Program-made: the position numbers and the translations under genes
Notes under the pieces: model-generated
Told to the model about the DNA's origin: nothing
The model's input: the letters and a program-made list of their open reading frames with translations, nothing else
The model's database searches: none
Virus record (IMG/VR): IMGVR_UViG_3300033498_000048
Location: 128,001-192,000 of that record
Source of the DNA: a virus
Taxonomy: Duplodnaviria; Caudoviricetes
Reading direction: 5' to 3' (one strand)
Length of the DNA stretch: 64,000 nucleotides
In this document: piece after piece, positions 46,798 through 56,674 of the stretch
How the letters are laid out: the number at the start of each line of letters is the position of its first letter
Numbering within the stretch: the stretch's first letter is position 1

Positions 46798-48528
46798 TTA
46801 AATTGTATTTCCTTCAATCATTTTAGAATACCCATTTTCTTTTCCGAATGCTATTGTTGATTTGAACATATCGACCCATCTATCTGGTGAGTGACTAATA
46901 ACAAACACATTGATATTGTTTAATGAATTTAATAAATCAATTAAGGAACTTGTTCCATCTTCATCTAAACTACCGTCCAATATTTCATCAAAAAACAAAA
47001 CATTGCACGACATATTATTTTGCAATTTGGCAATATCTAACCACGTCATTAATATTGCTAAATCTATTCTAAACTTTTCACCTTCACTAAAATTGAAATA
47101 ACTAATTTCATCCATTCCCCTAGCCAAAATTTGTTCATTAAAGTTTTCATCTAATACAAATGTTGCAAAAAAACCCAAGGTCTTTAAATGTGAGTTTATA
47201 ATCGAATTGATTACTGGAATAAACTCTTTAATAATTGTTCGTTTTATTCCAGTATCTTTTAAAATTAAACTAGACACATCATATTGTACCGATAAATTAT
47301 CAAATTCTGATTTCTTAGCATTTAAGTTATTATATTCACAATTCAGTTTTTGTAAAGTGTTATATTCATCATCAAGATTAGTTAATTCTGGACGTGAATT
47401 TTTCTTCAAATTCATAAGCTTTTTTATTGCCTGTTCTTTCTCAGAAATTTGAAATTTAGCTTTATCTATTTTGTTTTTAATATCTTCATTTGTCAATAAT
47501 TTATTATTGATGTCTGTTAAATATGCACTTAGTCCAGTACTTTTTTCAGTCAATTCAGTTAAAGTATTATGTAATTGATTTATCTTTAAATTCAACCCTT
47601 CAACTTTATTGTACTTCGTTTCATCTGTAATGTCCTGTGAACAAGTTGGACAAATATTATTGGAATTAAAAAATGCAATATCAGATTTAACTGTTCGAGT
47701 TTTCTCTTCCAATTTAAACTTATATTCTCCAAGTGTTGATAGCTTGGATTTTGCTTTATTTAATTCGGTAATATCTACAGATATAAGCTGGTCAATCAAT
47801 ACACCAATATTAGACCTCATGTTATGTAGTTCTGATTCCATATCCTTAATATCTGTTTCAATCTTTTGAAAATGATTCTTACTTTTAGATTCATTTTCTT
47901 TTTCCATTTTTGATATATGGGATTCCATCAATGAAATTTTTTCTTTAAGTATTAAAATTTCATTTTTTAATTGATGTGATGATTCTTTTAATATAGATAC
48001 ATTATTTCTATGGACATCATTCATTAATCCAAATATATGTAATTGGAGCATATCCTCAATAAACTTTCTACGGTCATCTGTTTTTAACTGCATGAATGAA
48101 ACATATGTTGCTTTACCTAAAACTACAATTTGAGTAAAGGCATTGTAATTGAAATGCAAAATATCAGATTCCAATATTGTTTGGTAATCTCGTACAGTGG
48201 ATGATTGGTCTAATAACACACCATCTTTCCATATTTCAAAAACTTGTGGACAACCACCTCTAACAACTTTAAAGTTTACACCTTGTGTTTCAAATTCTAT
48301 TTCACAAAGTAAGCCTTTTTTATTTTTATAATTGATAATTCCAGTTTTGTTAATTTTTCTGAAAGGTTTTCCAAACAATGAATATGTCATAGCATCCAAC
48401 ATTGTTGACTTCCCACCACCATTTTTACCTTGGATTAAGGTTGTTTTATGGCGATTTAGTTCAATGTACGTCCAATCATCCCCAAAACTTAAAATGTTTT
48501 TATATCTAAGATTTTTAAAAATAATCAC
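46798..48528 (-). CDS. 46: Recombination endonuclease ATPase subunit gp46 (Rad50-like)
   Basis: GKNGGGKST, CPTC zinc hook, FSEGEK, FFDEILDGSLD. Confidence 0.95.
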   Translation of the reverse strand: MIIFKNLRYKNILSFGDDWTYIELNRHKTTLIQGKNGGGKSTMLDAMTYSLFGKPFRKINKTGIINYKNKKGLLCEIEFETQGVNFKVVRGGCPQVFEIWKDGVLLDQSSTVRDYQTILESDILHFNYNAFTQIVVLGKATYVSFMQLKTDDRRKFIEDMLQLHIFGLMNDVHRNNVSILKESSHQLKNEILILKEKISLMESHISKMEKENESKSKNHFQKIETDIKDMESELHNMRSNIGVLIDQLISVDITELNKAKSKLSTLGEYKFKLEEKTRTVKSDIAFFNSNNICPTCSQDITDETKYNKVEGLNLKINQLHNTLTELTEKSTGLSAYLTDINNKLLTNEDIKNKIDKAKFQISEKEQAIKKLMNLKKNSRPELTNLDDEYNTLQKLNCEYNNLNAKKSEFDNLSVQYDVSSLILKDTGIKRTIIKEFIPVINSIINSHLKTLGFFATFVLDENFNEQILARGMDEISYFNFSEGEKFRIDLAILMTWLDIAKLQNNMSCNVLFFDEILDGSLDEDGTSSLIDLLNSLNNINVFVISHSPDRWVDMFKSTIAFGKENGYSKMIEGNTI

Positions 48529-49598
48529 ATATCTCTCCTTGAATTATTAACTGCTTCGGTATAAATGTCAGAAAAATACAATGACAGTTTGTCCTTATTA
48601 ATGTTCACACTATCTACATTATTAATAAATTGATTTATTTTATCAATAGTTGATACTGGTTGTGGAATCACATCAACGTTTGTAGTGCCAATTAATTCTT
48701 TTACTTGTTCGCGTTCTTGTATATCAACACTATATGACACACTTGTTATTTTGTCAACAAACAAGTCCAATAGCTTCCTGTTCACAGAACTTAATGAGTT
48801 TATCATTATCTTAACTACTTTATTGTTAAATTGCTCATAATCATATCCAACAATATCAATCGAATCATTAAAATCAACAATCTCATAAACATTAATTGTA
48901 TTTTCTATAAGTTCTAATTTCATGTTCTTGGTATCTAAGATTGTAAAACCTTTTTTAACTTTGTAATCGCCCCAATTAGTTTGATTGGTATTACCAATGT
49001 ATGTGATTATTCCATTTGTAGATGGAATATGAAAATGTCCACTTAAAACCATATTAAATCTATTAAAAATTGAAGGGTCAAGTCCACTGTTACTTGGTTG
49101 TCCCCTACTAACCTCAAATGATTTAATTTCAAAGTGTCCACCAATAACATCAGCTTCAACTTTGTTTAACCAATCTATACTATCTTCATAATTACCTGAA
49201 TGAATCCAACCAATTAAACCAATTTTAATTCCATCATATTCAAACACCTTATGGTTATTAACAATTTCAATGTTTGAATATGAACCTAACAACAAATCAA
49301 TGCTATTAATCGAGCTGGTGTTTCTATAAAAAATATCGTGATTCCCGTAAATCACCTTGACATCCAACTTCAATTCGAGCATTCTATCTAAGAAGTGTTT
49401 TTTTGTATGGTGTAATATGTAAAAGTTAATATCCTTTCTACGTTCAAATATATCACCAAGCATAATAACTTTTTTTATTTTATTTTTTATAATGTATGGA
49501 AAAAACACTTTATCAAAAAACTCAACCAAGTTATTCATGTAATATGGACTATTAGACCTTGCTCCCCAATGAATATCAGTTATAAATGCAACTTTCAA
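48525..49598 (-). CDS. 47: Recombination nuclease subunit gp47 (Mre11-like)
   Basis: TDIHWG, LGDIF, GNHD, GHFE, SGHFH. Confidence 0.95.
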   Translation of the reverse strand: MKVAFITDIHWGARSNSPYYMNNLVEFFDKVFFPYIIKNKIKKVIMLGDIFERRKDINFYILHHTKKHFLDRMLELKLDVKVIYGNHDIFYRNTSSINSIDLLLGSYSNIEIVNNHKVFEYDGIKIGLIGWIHSGNYEDSIDWLNKVEADVIGGHFEIKSFEVSRGQPSNSGLDPSIFNRFNMVLSGHFHIPSTNGIITYIGNTNQTNWGDYKVKKGFTILDTKNMKLELIENTINVYEIVDFNDSIDIVGYDYEQFNNKVVKIMINSLSSVNRKLLDLFVDKITSVSYSVDIQEREQVKELIGTTNVDVIPQPVSTIDKINQFINNVDSVNINKDKLSLYFSDIYTEAVNNSRRDM

Positions 49599-49599
49599 A

Positions 49600-49791
49600 T
49601 CATACCTCCTTTTCGATTAACATTTCGTACATCTTTTTAACACAATCAAAACACAAATGTATATGTGAACTTTGTCCTCTGATTGTGTACCAACTTACCA
49701 TTTCTTTACCTCTTTCAATTTTAGTATCACATCCCCGACAAATCGCAACACGTTCAGCTTTTCTAATTTCGATTCCATTATATCCAGGCAT
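49600..49791 (-). CDS. Small zinc-finger protein (PARP-zf-like C..C...H.C..C)
   Basis: AICRGCDTKI...HLCFDC. Confidence 0.55.
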   Translation of the reverse strand: MPGYNGIEIRKAERVAICRGCDTKIERGKEMVSWYTIRGQSSHIHLCFDCVKKMYEMLIEKEV

Positions 49792-49794
49792 ATA

Positions 49795-50265
49795 TTAATA
49801 CTCTTGGTTGTACCATAAAAACGCATTATCCCGATTCAAATCACAAGTATCAGATTCTTGCAATTCATACATTTCGTGTTCTAATGCAAACATTTTAGAT
49901 TCCTTAGCTGCAAATGTTTTCTTTTCCCGTTCTATTCTACGCAAAAAAGCCCTCCATATAACCATCGTAAAGTAGCTAAACGGTTGTGAACTTTTTAATG
50001 GGTCAAATGAATCAATTGCTTCAATTGCATTTACTATTCCATCTCCAACCATATCTTCTTTATAGGTATAATTGACAAAATTATATTTGTTACTTAAATT
50101 CGTTGCTATTTTAATAAATATAGCTCCAATTTTTTCTGGAACTCTAGGTTTTTTTAAATCATTATTTTTAGCATATTCCCTAGCGGAAACATATTCTTTT
50201 AATAATTCCAAAAAATCCTTATTGTTCACATAATTAATGGGTTCCCTCTTCATTGTTATTTCCAT
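49795..50265 (-). CDS. 55: Late-transcription sigma factor gp55
   Basis: YVNNKDF, IATNLS.K.NF.NYTYKEDMVGDGI, PFSYFT...AFLRRI..EKK. Confidence 0.93.
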   Translation of the reverse strand: MEITMKREPINYVNNKDFLELLKEYVSAREYAKNNDLKKPRVPEKIGAIFIKIATNLSNKYNFVNYTYKEDMVGDGIVNAIEAIDSFDPLKSSQPFSYFTMVIWRAFLRRIEREKKTFAAKESKMFALEHEMYELQESDTCDLNRDNAFLWYNQEY

Positions 50266-50333
50266 ATCCTAAATTAAAACTTTAAAGTAAAACTTACATA
50301 TTACTCCACCATCATGTGTTACCACATCTTTTG

Positions 50334-50362
50334 ATTATATAATGACATCGTTAAACTGTCAA
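50334..50362 (-). promoter_or_regulatory. Sigma70-like promoter TTGACA-17-TATAAT for the gp55-47-46-45-44-62 operon
   Basis: Perfect consensus upstream of gp55. Confidence 0.75.
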
Positions 50363-50400
50363 TTTAACTAAATATGTAATTTATAAAGGTTGATTACAAA

Positions 50401-51048
50401 ATGAAAAAATGGAAAATATCAAACGATTGTTTAGATATTATTAAACAAGAAAGTCCTTATTATCAAACACCAGTTTTATTAAATACATTAGAAGTTTTCC
50501 CTTCTAGGCATATCCATGTTTTAGGACATAACATAACAACGTATGTTTGGACTCCACACCGTTCAACTGACCGATATACTGTCCAATCAAGTTTAAAACG
50601 CTGTGAAAAACTACTTAATGACCAATTGAATGATTTACGTCCAAAGTTTAAAGAAATTGCAGACCAAATAAATCAAAATCAAATTGATGCAATAGCAAGT
50701 TGTCTACAAAGTATGTGGATTGAATTAGAGTCGGAACATACTATCATTGATGAGTTTCTTAAAACCCGTTTTTTTAAATCAATGAAAATAGACAAATTTG
50801 AAAGAGCTTCAAATGACCTAAGCAATCACACATCATTTTATTTTCCTAGATATTATCCAGAAGAAGTTGTGCGGGATAATGATAAAAACGAATTGGGAAA
50901 ACGCAGACGAAAAGAGTGTAGACTATTTGACACAACGCAAGAAGAAGCTAAAAGCAATCTACCAGATTCAAATATGTTTGCGTTGGCTAAAAAAATGAAA
51001 AACCCAAAAGAACGTGCTAAGTTTATCAAGCAATTTATGTCAATTTAA
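50401..51048 (+). CDS. Hypothetical protein
   Basis: 215-aa ORF; no family recognised. Confidence 0.7.
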   Translation: MKKWKISNDCLDIIKQESPYYQTPVLLNTLEVFPSRHIHVLGHNITTYVWTPHRSTDRYTVQSSLKRCEKLLNDQLNDLRPKFKEIADQINQNQIDAIASCLQSMWIELESEHTIIDEFLKTRFFKSMKIDKFERASNDLSNHTSFYFPRYYPEEVVRDNDKNELGKRRRKECRLFDTTQEEAKSNLPDSNMFALAKKMKNPKERAKFIKQFMSI

Positions 51049-51061
51049 TTGGAACTAAAAT

Positions 51062-51562
51062 ATGTCTGAACTAAAAAAAGGTACAACAGGGAATAATTAC
51101 AATCTAGCGATGGGTACGAATTATAAATTCGAGCTACATGATGCTGGAGCTGAATCCTTTAATTATTTTATTCAAGATGCTATTATTCCTGGATTAGCAA
51201 TGGGTTCAATTGAAGGTGCGTATCAAAATGAGCAAACCTTTGTTCCAGGGAATAGAATTGATTATGAACCATTTAATACCTCATTTATCGTATCTGAAGA
51301 TTTTGATAACTATTTTTTTATATATGATTGGTTACATAAAATGCGTGATATTGAAACTCCATTTAAACATACCAGAGATGGAACATTACACATTTTTAGT
51401 AACAACAAAACTTATAATTTAGAAGTTAGGTTTTTTGGTATGTTTCCAACTAGCTTAGGTGAATTATCTTTTATGAGTAATACACTTTCAACCGAGCCTT
51501 TAATCTGTATGGTATCGTTTGCATATGAATGGTTCGAGATTTACAATAAAGACAGAGTTTAG
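51062..51562 (+). CDS. 3: Tail completion/sheath stabiliser gp3 (tail-tube-like fold)
   Basis: YFIQ...IPG...VPG..IDYEPF...FIVSEDF.NY..IYDW. Confidence 0.8.
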   Translation: MSELKKGTTGNNYNLAMGTNYKFELHDAGAESFNYFIQDAIIPGLAMGSIEGAYQNEQTFVPGNRIDYEPFNTSFIVSEDFDNYFFIYDWLHKMRDIETPFKHTRDGTLHIFSNNKTYNLEVRFFGMFPTSLGELSFMSNTLSTEPLICMVSFAYEWFEIYNKDRV

Positions 51563-51598
51563 TAGTATTATCAAAGCTCATTACTGTCAATCATTACA

Positions 51599-52187
51599 AA
51601 TCAATAGGTTAGCACTTGATACCGTTAGGTAATTAATATATCGTTCCAAGTGCTAACCAGTTGATATTTGATTACATTCTTGTCAATTATTAAGAATCAA
51701 TGAGTTAGCACTTACATTGGTCTATTAATTATATAACAGTTACAACTGCTAACCTATTGATATTATTAATACTACATCACATCCAATTAAATCAATGACT
51801 TAGCACTTACAACGGTTATATAATTAATAGACCAATGCAAGTGCTAAGTCATTGATTCTTGATAACCGATATTATGTCCAACCAAGTGTTAGCTATAACT
51901 GTCAATTAAATATAAATCAATAAGTTAGCATTTGGAACAGTCTTATAATTAGTAAATGGTATCAAGTGCTAAGTCACTTGACTTAAAATGAATTAGACAA
52001 CTTCACTATTGGTTCTAAAATGATTAGAGCATTACCAATCATTCTCAATTTTAACCGATTTACCGTTGGTACTAAGAATCAATGACTTAGCACTTGCATT
52101 GGTCTGTTAATTATATAACCGTTGTAAGTGCTAACCTATTGATTTTTATTCACTGTCAATTAAATATAAATCAATAAGTTAGCATTT
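51599..52187. repeat. Inverted-repeat array 4
   Basis: Complete units at 51599, 51695, 51790, 51915 and 52077; orphan arm at 52169; a roughly 48-bp direct repeat at about 51897 and 52152. Confidence 0.95.
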
Positions 52188-52223
52188 GGAACAGTCTTAC
52201 TAATTAACCTTATGCTAATCACA

Positions 52224-52252
52224 TTGACTATTTTTTGATTCGATAATATAAT
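52224..52252 (+). promoter_or_regulatory. Sigma70-like promoter TTGACT-17-TATAAT
   Basis: Immediately after array 4, upstream of uvsY. Confidence 0.7.
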
Positions 52253-52279
52253 ATAAAATTAACTTATGGAGTTATAATA

Positions 52280-52705
52280 ATGGAATTGGAACAAATACAA
52301 ACCGAAATACAACTTGATAGTGTATTAAATGAAACTAAGCTTGATACTGAAAGTTTAAAGATTCCTATGTTACATTCAAAATGGTACAACTATTTAATAT
52401 TTGAAGCTCAGACATTAAAAAGGGTTGAACGAACATTTAACAAAGTAAAAAAGGCTAGAATTGAATATTATTTAGGGAAAGCTCCAGATGAAGTATATAA
52501 AGAACACCCTAAACCATACAATGTGTTAAAACAGGATTTAGAGTTGTATTTGAGTGCTGATGATGAATATCAAGTTCAACAAGAGTTGATAACTAACCAA
52601 CAAATCAAAATTGATTTAATTGAGCAGTTTTTAAAGCAAGTTTCGCAGCGTTCATTTAATATAAAAAACGCAATAGATTTTATGAAGTTTAAAAGTGGAT
52701 TGTGA
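52280..52705 (+). CDS. uvsY: Recombination mediator UvsY
   Basis: ESLKIPMLHSKW, EYYLGKA...VY, YL.AD, R.FNIKNAIDF.KFKSG. Confidence 0.92.
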   Translation: MELEQIQTEIQLDSVLNETKLDTESLKIPMLHSKWYNYLIFEAQTLKRVERTFNKVKKARIEYYLGKAPDEVYKEHPKPYNVLKQDLELYLSADDEYQVQQELITNQQIKIDLIEQFLKQVSQRSFNIKNAIDFMKFKSGL

Positions 52706-52983
52706 TGGATAATATAATTAAAAAAATAAATCACATCGTAACAATTGTTGGTGATATAGACTGTTATAATGATGAAATATTAATACAAACATTCCAAGAT
52801 GAATTTAACAACGATAAAGTATATGCTATTACCTTACAATTAGATAAAGCTTTTACGGAATTATATGCTAATGGAAAACCAGTAAATAAGTTATATATTA
52901 ACTATTCAGATTTAGAATATGTAGTATTAGAACAATTACTAAAATTCTCAGAAACCTATATGGATTTATACTATGAAAATTAA
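52702..52983 (+). CDS. Hypothetical protein
   Basis: 93-aa coupled ORF. Confidence 0.6.
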   Translation: MMDNIIKKINHIVTIVGDIDCYNDEILIQTFQDEFNNDKVYAITLQLDKAFTELYANGKPVNKLYINYSDLEYVVLEQLLKFSETYMDLYYEN

Positions 52984-52991
52984 AAGGGATT

Positions 52992-53762
52992 GTGATGAGT
53001 AATATCATACTCCACAATGGAGATTGCTTTGAGGTGTTTCACAATATTCCAGATAAGTCTATCGACTTGATATTAACGGATTTACCTTATGGAAAACTAT
53101 CTTGTAAATGGGATATAGTAATTCCATTTACAGTTATGTGGGAAAACATAAACCGAGTCATTAAACCAAACGCTGCTGTTGTTTTGTTTGCAAGCCAACC
53201 GTTTACTAGTTTATTAATTACTTCAAACATTAAGATGTTTAGGTACGAATGGATATGGCAAAAAAACACGAGTGGAAGTTTTGTATTGGCAAAAAAACAA
53301 CCAATGAAGTATCACGAGAATATTTGTGTGTTTTATAATAAACAACCAACTTATAATCCAATTTTCGAGCAATACGCTGAATCAACTAAGATAAGGTTTC
53401 CAAATAATGGACACGTTAATTGCGACAAACTTGTAAACTCAAACAGTTTCAATAACATCCAATCAATAAAACGGGTTAAGGGTGCTGAAATGCTAATGAG
53501 TCGTGGAACATATCCAAAAAGTGTTCAATACTTTAAAGGTGTTCACAATGGAAATAATACTAGGTTACATCCATCACAAAAACCTGTTGATTTGTTAGAA
53601 TATTTAATAAAAACATACACAAATGAAGGCGAGCTTGTATTAGATTTTACTATGGGTAGTGGGTCAACTGGAGTTGCGTGTAAAAATACAAATAGAAACT
53701 TTATCGGTATAGAAAAGGATGAAGATATTTACAACACAGCAAACAATAGATTAAAGGATTAA
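52992..53762 (+). CDS. Orphan N4/N6 DNA methyltransferase (beta class)
   Basis: DLILTDLPYG (motif IV variant), HPSQKPVDLLEYLI, VLDFTMGSGSTG (motif I). Confidence 0.9.
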   Translation: MMSNIILHNGDCFEVFHNIPDKSIDLILTDLPYGKLSCKWDIVIPFTVMWENINRVIKPNAAVVLFASQPFTSLLITSNIKMFRYEWIWQKNTSGSFVLAKKQPMKYHENICVFYNKQPTYNPIFEQYAESTKIRFPNNGHVNCDKLVNSNSFNNIQSIKRVKGAEMLMSRGTYPKSVQYFKGVHNGNNTRLHPSQKPVDLLEYLIKTYTNEGELVLDFTMGSGSTGVACKNTNRNFIGIEKDEDIYNTANNRLKD

Positions 53763-53764
53763 AG

Positions 53765-55252
53765 ATGATAATAATATCAAAGTTAAATGAATTGTATTTA
53801 AAAGTAGATTCGGACGATAGGGGAGTATTAAGAGAAATATCTGATAAGTTTTCATTTATGGTTCCAGGGTATCAATATTCACCACAATATAAAAATGGAG
53901 TTTGGGATGGTAGAATTAAACTCTTTAATGTTAATTTGAGAACTCTGTATTCAGGGTTATTAATGGATTTAATTGATTATTTAAAGTCTGAAAATTATCA
54001 ATTTGATATTTCAGATAAGACAATCATCAAATCACAAACATTGGACTCTGAATTTGATATATTTAAGACTGATGTCTATAACTATACCAATATGTCAGTT
54101 GAAGGTATATACTCATATCAAATGGAAGCATTAATTAAGTGTATATTCTATAATAAAGCCTTGATACTATCCCCCACTGGGTCGGGTAAGAGCCACTTAA
54201 TTTATTTGTTAGTTAGATTTTTATTACAACACTTGGAGCGTGATATTTTAATTTGTGTTCCAACAACAGCATTATGTTCCCAAATTATTGATGATTTTGA
54301 TGATTATGTTGTTGATGATTGGATTGCATATGATAATTGTCATAAAATATACAGTGGACAAGATAAAACATCTAATAAACGAGTTGTTGTTTCTACCTAC
54401 CAATCCTTAGTAAAAATGTCGAGTGACTATTTTAATAAGTTCGATGCTTTAATTGTGGACGAAGCACATCAAGCTGATAGTAAAAGTATTATTAGTATAA
54501 TTGATAATATGGCACACGCTCCATGGAGATTCGGTTTAACTGGAACTTTGAATGGAACTAAAATACATGAATTATGTTTGCGTGGGTTGTTTGGTCCAAC
54601 AATCAAAACAAAAACAACTAAAGAGTTGATGGATATAGGTGTCTTAGCCAAATTGAAAATAGTAGCATATAAGTTAAAGTATTCAGCAGATGATAGGAAA
54701 TTAGTTAGAAAGTTACATAGCGAATATCAAACTGAAATAAAATGGATACTAGAAAATGTTAATAGAAATTCATTCCTAATTAATAAAGCGTTTGAAACAA
54801 CAAAAAACACATTAATATTATTTAATATGTCAGAGCATGGAAAAGAATTATTGCGAATTGCAAATGATATGAATGCTAATGGTACTAAGCAAATATTTTT
54901 TATGAATGGAAATACCAAAACAGATGAACGGGAAGAAATTCGTAAAAATTTAGAATTAATTAATGATGCGATTCTAATAGCATCTTATGGAGTATTTTCA
55001 GTTGGAGCTAATGTTAAAAACATTGACTTTGTGATGTTTGCACACCCGTATAAAGCTAGGATAAGAAACCTCCAGAGTATTGGAAGGTCAATTAGAAAAA
55101 AAGACGGAAAAGACTTTGCAACATTAATAGATATTGGGGATGATTTAACTCAAAATAAAAAACCTAATATCACATATTCCCATTTTACATCAAGGTTGAA
55201 AATTTATACAGCAGAACAATTTGATTACATTATAAGTGAAGTCGATATGTAA
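53765..55252 (+). CDS. uvsW: SF2 DNA helicase UvsW
   Basis: WDGRIKLF, SPTGSGKS, VDEAH, GLTGT, ASYGVFS.GAN, LQSIGR. Confidence 0.95.
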   Translation: MIIISKLNELYLKVDSDDRGVLREISDKFSFMVPGYQYSPQYKNGVWDGRIKLFNVNLRTLYSGLLMDLIDYLKSENYQFDISDKTIIKSQTLDSEFDIFKTDVYNYTNMSVEGIYSYQMEALIKCIFYNKALILSPTGSGKSHLIYLLVRFLLQHLERDILICVPTTALCSQIIDDFDDYVVDDWIAYDNCHKIYSGQDKTSNKRVVVSTYQSLVKMSSDYFNKFDALIVDEAHQADSKSIISIIDNMAHAPWRFGLTGTLNGTKIHELCLRGLFGPTIKTKTTKELMDIGVLAKLKIVAYKLKYSADDRKLVRKLHSEYQTEIKWILENVNRNSFLINKAFETTKNTLILFNMSEHGKELLRIANDMNANGTKQIFFMNGNTKTDEREEIRKNLELINDAILIASYGVFSVGANVKNIDFVMFAHPYKARIRNLQSIGRSIRKKDGKDFATLIDIGDDLTQNKKPNITYSHFTSRLKIYTAEQFDYIISEVDM

Positions 55253-55269
55253 ATACAAAAATATTCGAT

Positions 55270-55277
55270 TATAAATA
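55270..55277 (+). promoter_or_regulatory. T4-type late promoter TATAAATA
   Basis: Exact match 21 bp upstream of 55298. Confidence 0.75.
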
Positions 55278-55297
55278 CTATCTTTTAGGAGTAAGAT

Positions 55298-55588
55298 ATG
55301 TCTCAAAAAGTATTTGAATTGGCTAAAAATGGTCAAGAATCAGGTGTTGTTTTTATCAATTTGGTTAAAGTTGTGAATCCAACACCAGTAGTAGGAACAT
55401 CTACGGTATTAAACCCTGTAGCTCCTACAACTACAGTTTCTGCTGTTGATGGTATTGGTTTCAAAAACGAACAAGCAGATGCTGCATTATCGTCTTTTGC
55501 ATTTGATTCAGTGAACGGTAAAGTTTATATCAAAATCGCTAATACTCATGCAGCCACAGATTGGAAAGAATTGACCCACGCTGCCTAA
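55298..55588 (+). CDS. Small late (virion) protein
   Basis: Late promoter plus AGGAG RBS; the FDSVNGKVYIK...DWK motif resembles the fibre-module motif. Confidence 0.65.
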   Translation: MSQKVFELAKNGQESGVVFINLVKVVNPTPVVGTSTVLNPVAPTTTVSAVDGIGFKNEQADAALSSFAFDSVNGKVYIKIANTHAATDWKELTHAA

Positions 55589-55599
55589 TCCTTAAAATT

Positions 55600-55630
55600 G
55601 GTGGGCATATCAGTTATCGTATGTCCCACC
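55600..55630. terminator. Hairpin between convergent genes (GGTGGGCATA...TATGTCCCACC)
   Basis: 10-bp stem with one bulge, just after the stop of 55298..55588. Confidence 0.55.
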
Positions 55631-55826
55631 TATTCCACAATAATGTTAAGTAATCTTTTTTGTGGTTTTAAGTTTTTTACAATATATTTAAACACATCAT
55701 CATACGAATAATGTACCTTAGTGCTACCTCTGATTGTATAATATGTGTCGTTACCATATACATTTTCCTCAATAATGTATTCACCTTCAGAATCTATTAA
55801 TGTTTTACCATCACGACTTAACCCAA

Positions 55827-56426
55827 TTAAATATAGTTGTGTTTTTCATACTCTTTAATTGTTTTTTTGTACACATCAACTATTGCTATGATACCTGCAT
55901 CTGTTAAATCCCTTGTTCCAATTCCAGCATAATTTAATGATAATATTGGAATCTCACATTCAATATACCTATTATATATCCAATTATACCACAATTCAGA
56001 TATACAATCAAATACAAAAACTTCTTTATTGTTAGCGATAGCCATTTCAACAGCGTAACCAGTTCCACCATCAACTGTTACTTTATTTGATTTTGATTTA
56101 AATCCGCGACTATTAGTATTCCCTGGAATAACAAGTCGACTAATTGCTAAAATCCTAGTTGAGTTTTTAACTTGAAACCAGTTCCGACCCAATAAGCTTG
56201 AATACTTATCTGACCAATTTCTACCTAAAACCTTTGCTGCTTTTTTAGCATGATTAATACCTTCGGCAATGTCAGTGTCAGATAATAATTTGTTTCCAAG
56301 TGGAGTTCGTTTACCATGATAATAATGAATGTGGTTAATAAATCCCATATCACGACCTATTATGTCCCAAGCCGAATCTGCACCAGTTGCTCCACCAGAG
56401 TAATTCGTATAATTATGTTGCATCAT
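55827..56426 (-). CDS. SLOG/DprA-like Rossmann-fold protein (SGGATGAD)
   Basis: YSGGATGADSAW, RNWFQV, GGTGYAV, YAGIGTR. Confidence 0.65.
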   Translation of the reverse strand: MMQHNYTNYSGGATGADSAWDIIGRDMGFINHIHYYHGKRTPLGNKLLSDTDIAEGINHAKKAAKVLGRNWSDKYSSLLGRNWFQVKNSTRILAISRLVIPGNTNSRGFKSKSNKVTVDGGTGYAVEMAIANNKEVFVFDCISELWYNWIYNRYIECEIPILSLNYAGIGTRDLTDAGIIAIVDVYKKTIKEYEKHNYI

Positions 56427-56673
56427 GTAGTTGAGTCATTGATTGATACCAAAGGGCGATTGGACGATTCCAGACCGTTAAATCATTCAATCTCTGATAT
56501 ACAACTGTTGGTGGATATTCGTCCAACCTGCCTGAATTTAAGTTTGATAGTAAAAGCACGGTATATGTTGAACCATTTTTATGAATCCAAGTCGAACCTA
56601 TTTCTGGATTATTCATCTTTAACCTCCTATAATTATAATACGCCAAATTAACACAATAATAGTATAGTGTCAA
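56413..56673 (-). CDS. DUF1653-like small protein (true start probably MNNPEIG)
   Basis: W.HKNG..Y.V...VVYQ.L.D..VW.RP. Confidence 0.6.
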   Translation of the reverse strand: MTLYYYCVNLAYYNYRRLKMNNPEIGSTWIHKNGSTYTVLLLSNLNSGRLDEYPPTVVYQRLNDLTVWNRPIALWYQSMTQLHDAT

Positions 56674-56674
56674 A

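Noticed and set aside
52992-53762. DNA methyltransferase as part of a restriction-modification system
   Set aside because: No adjacent endonuclease; orphan methyltransferases are common in large phages.
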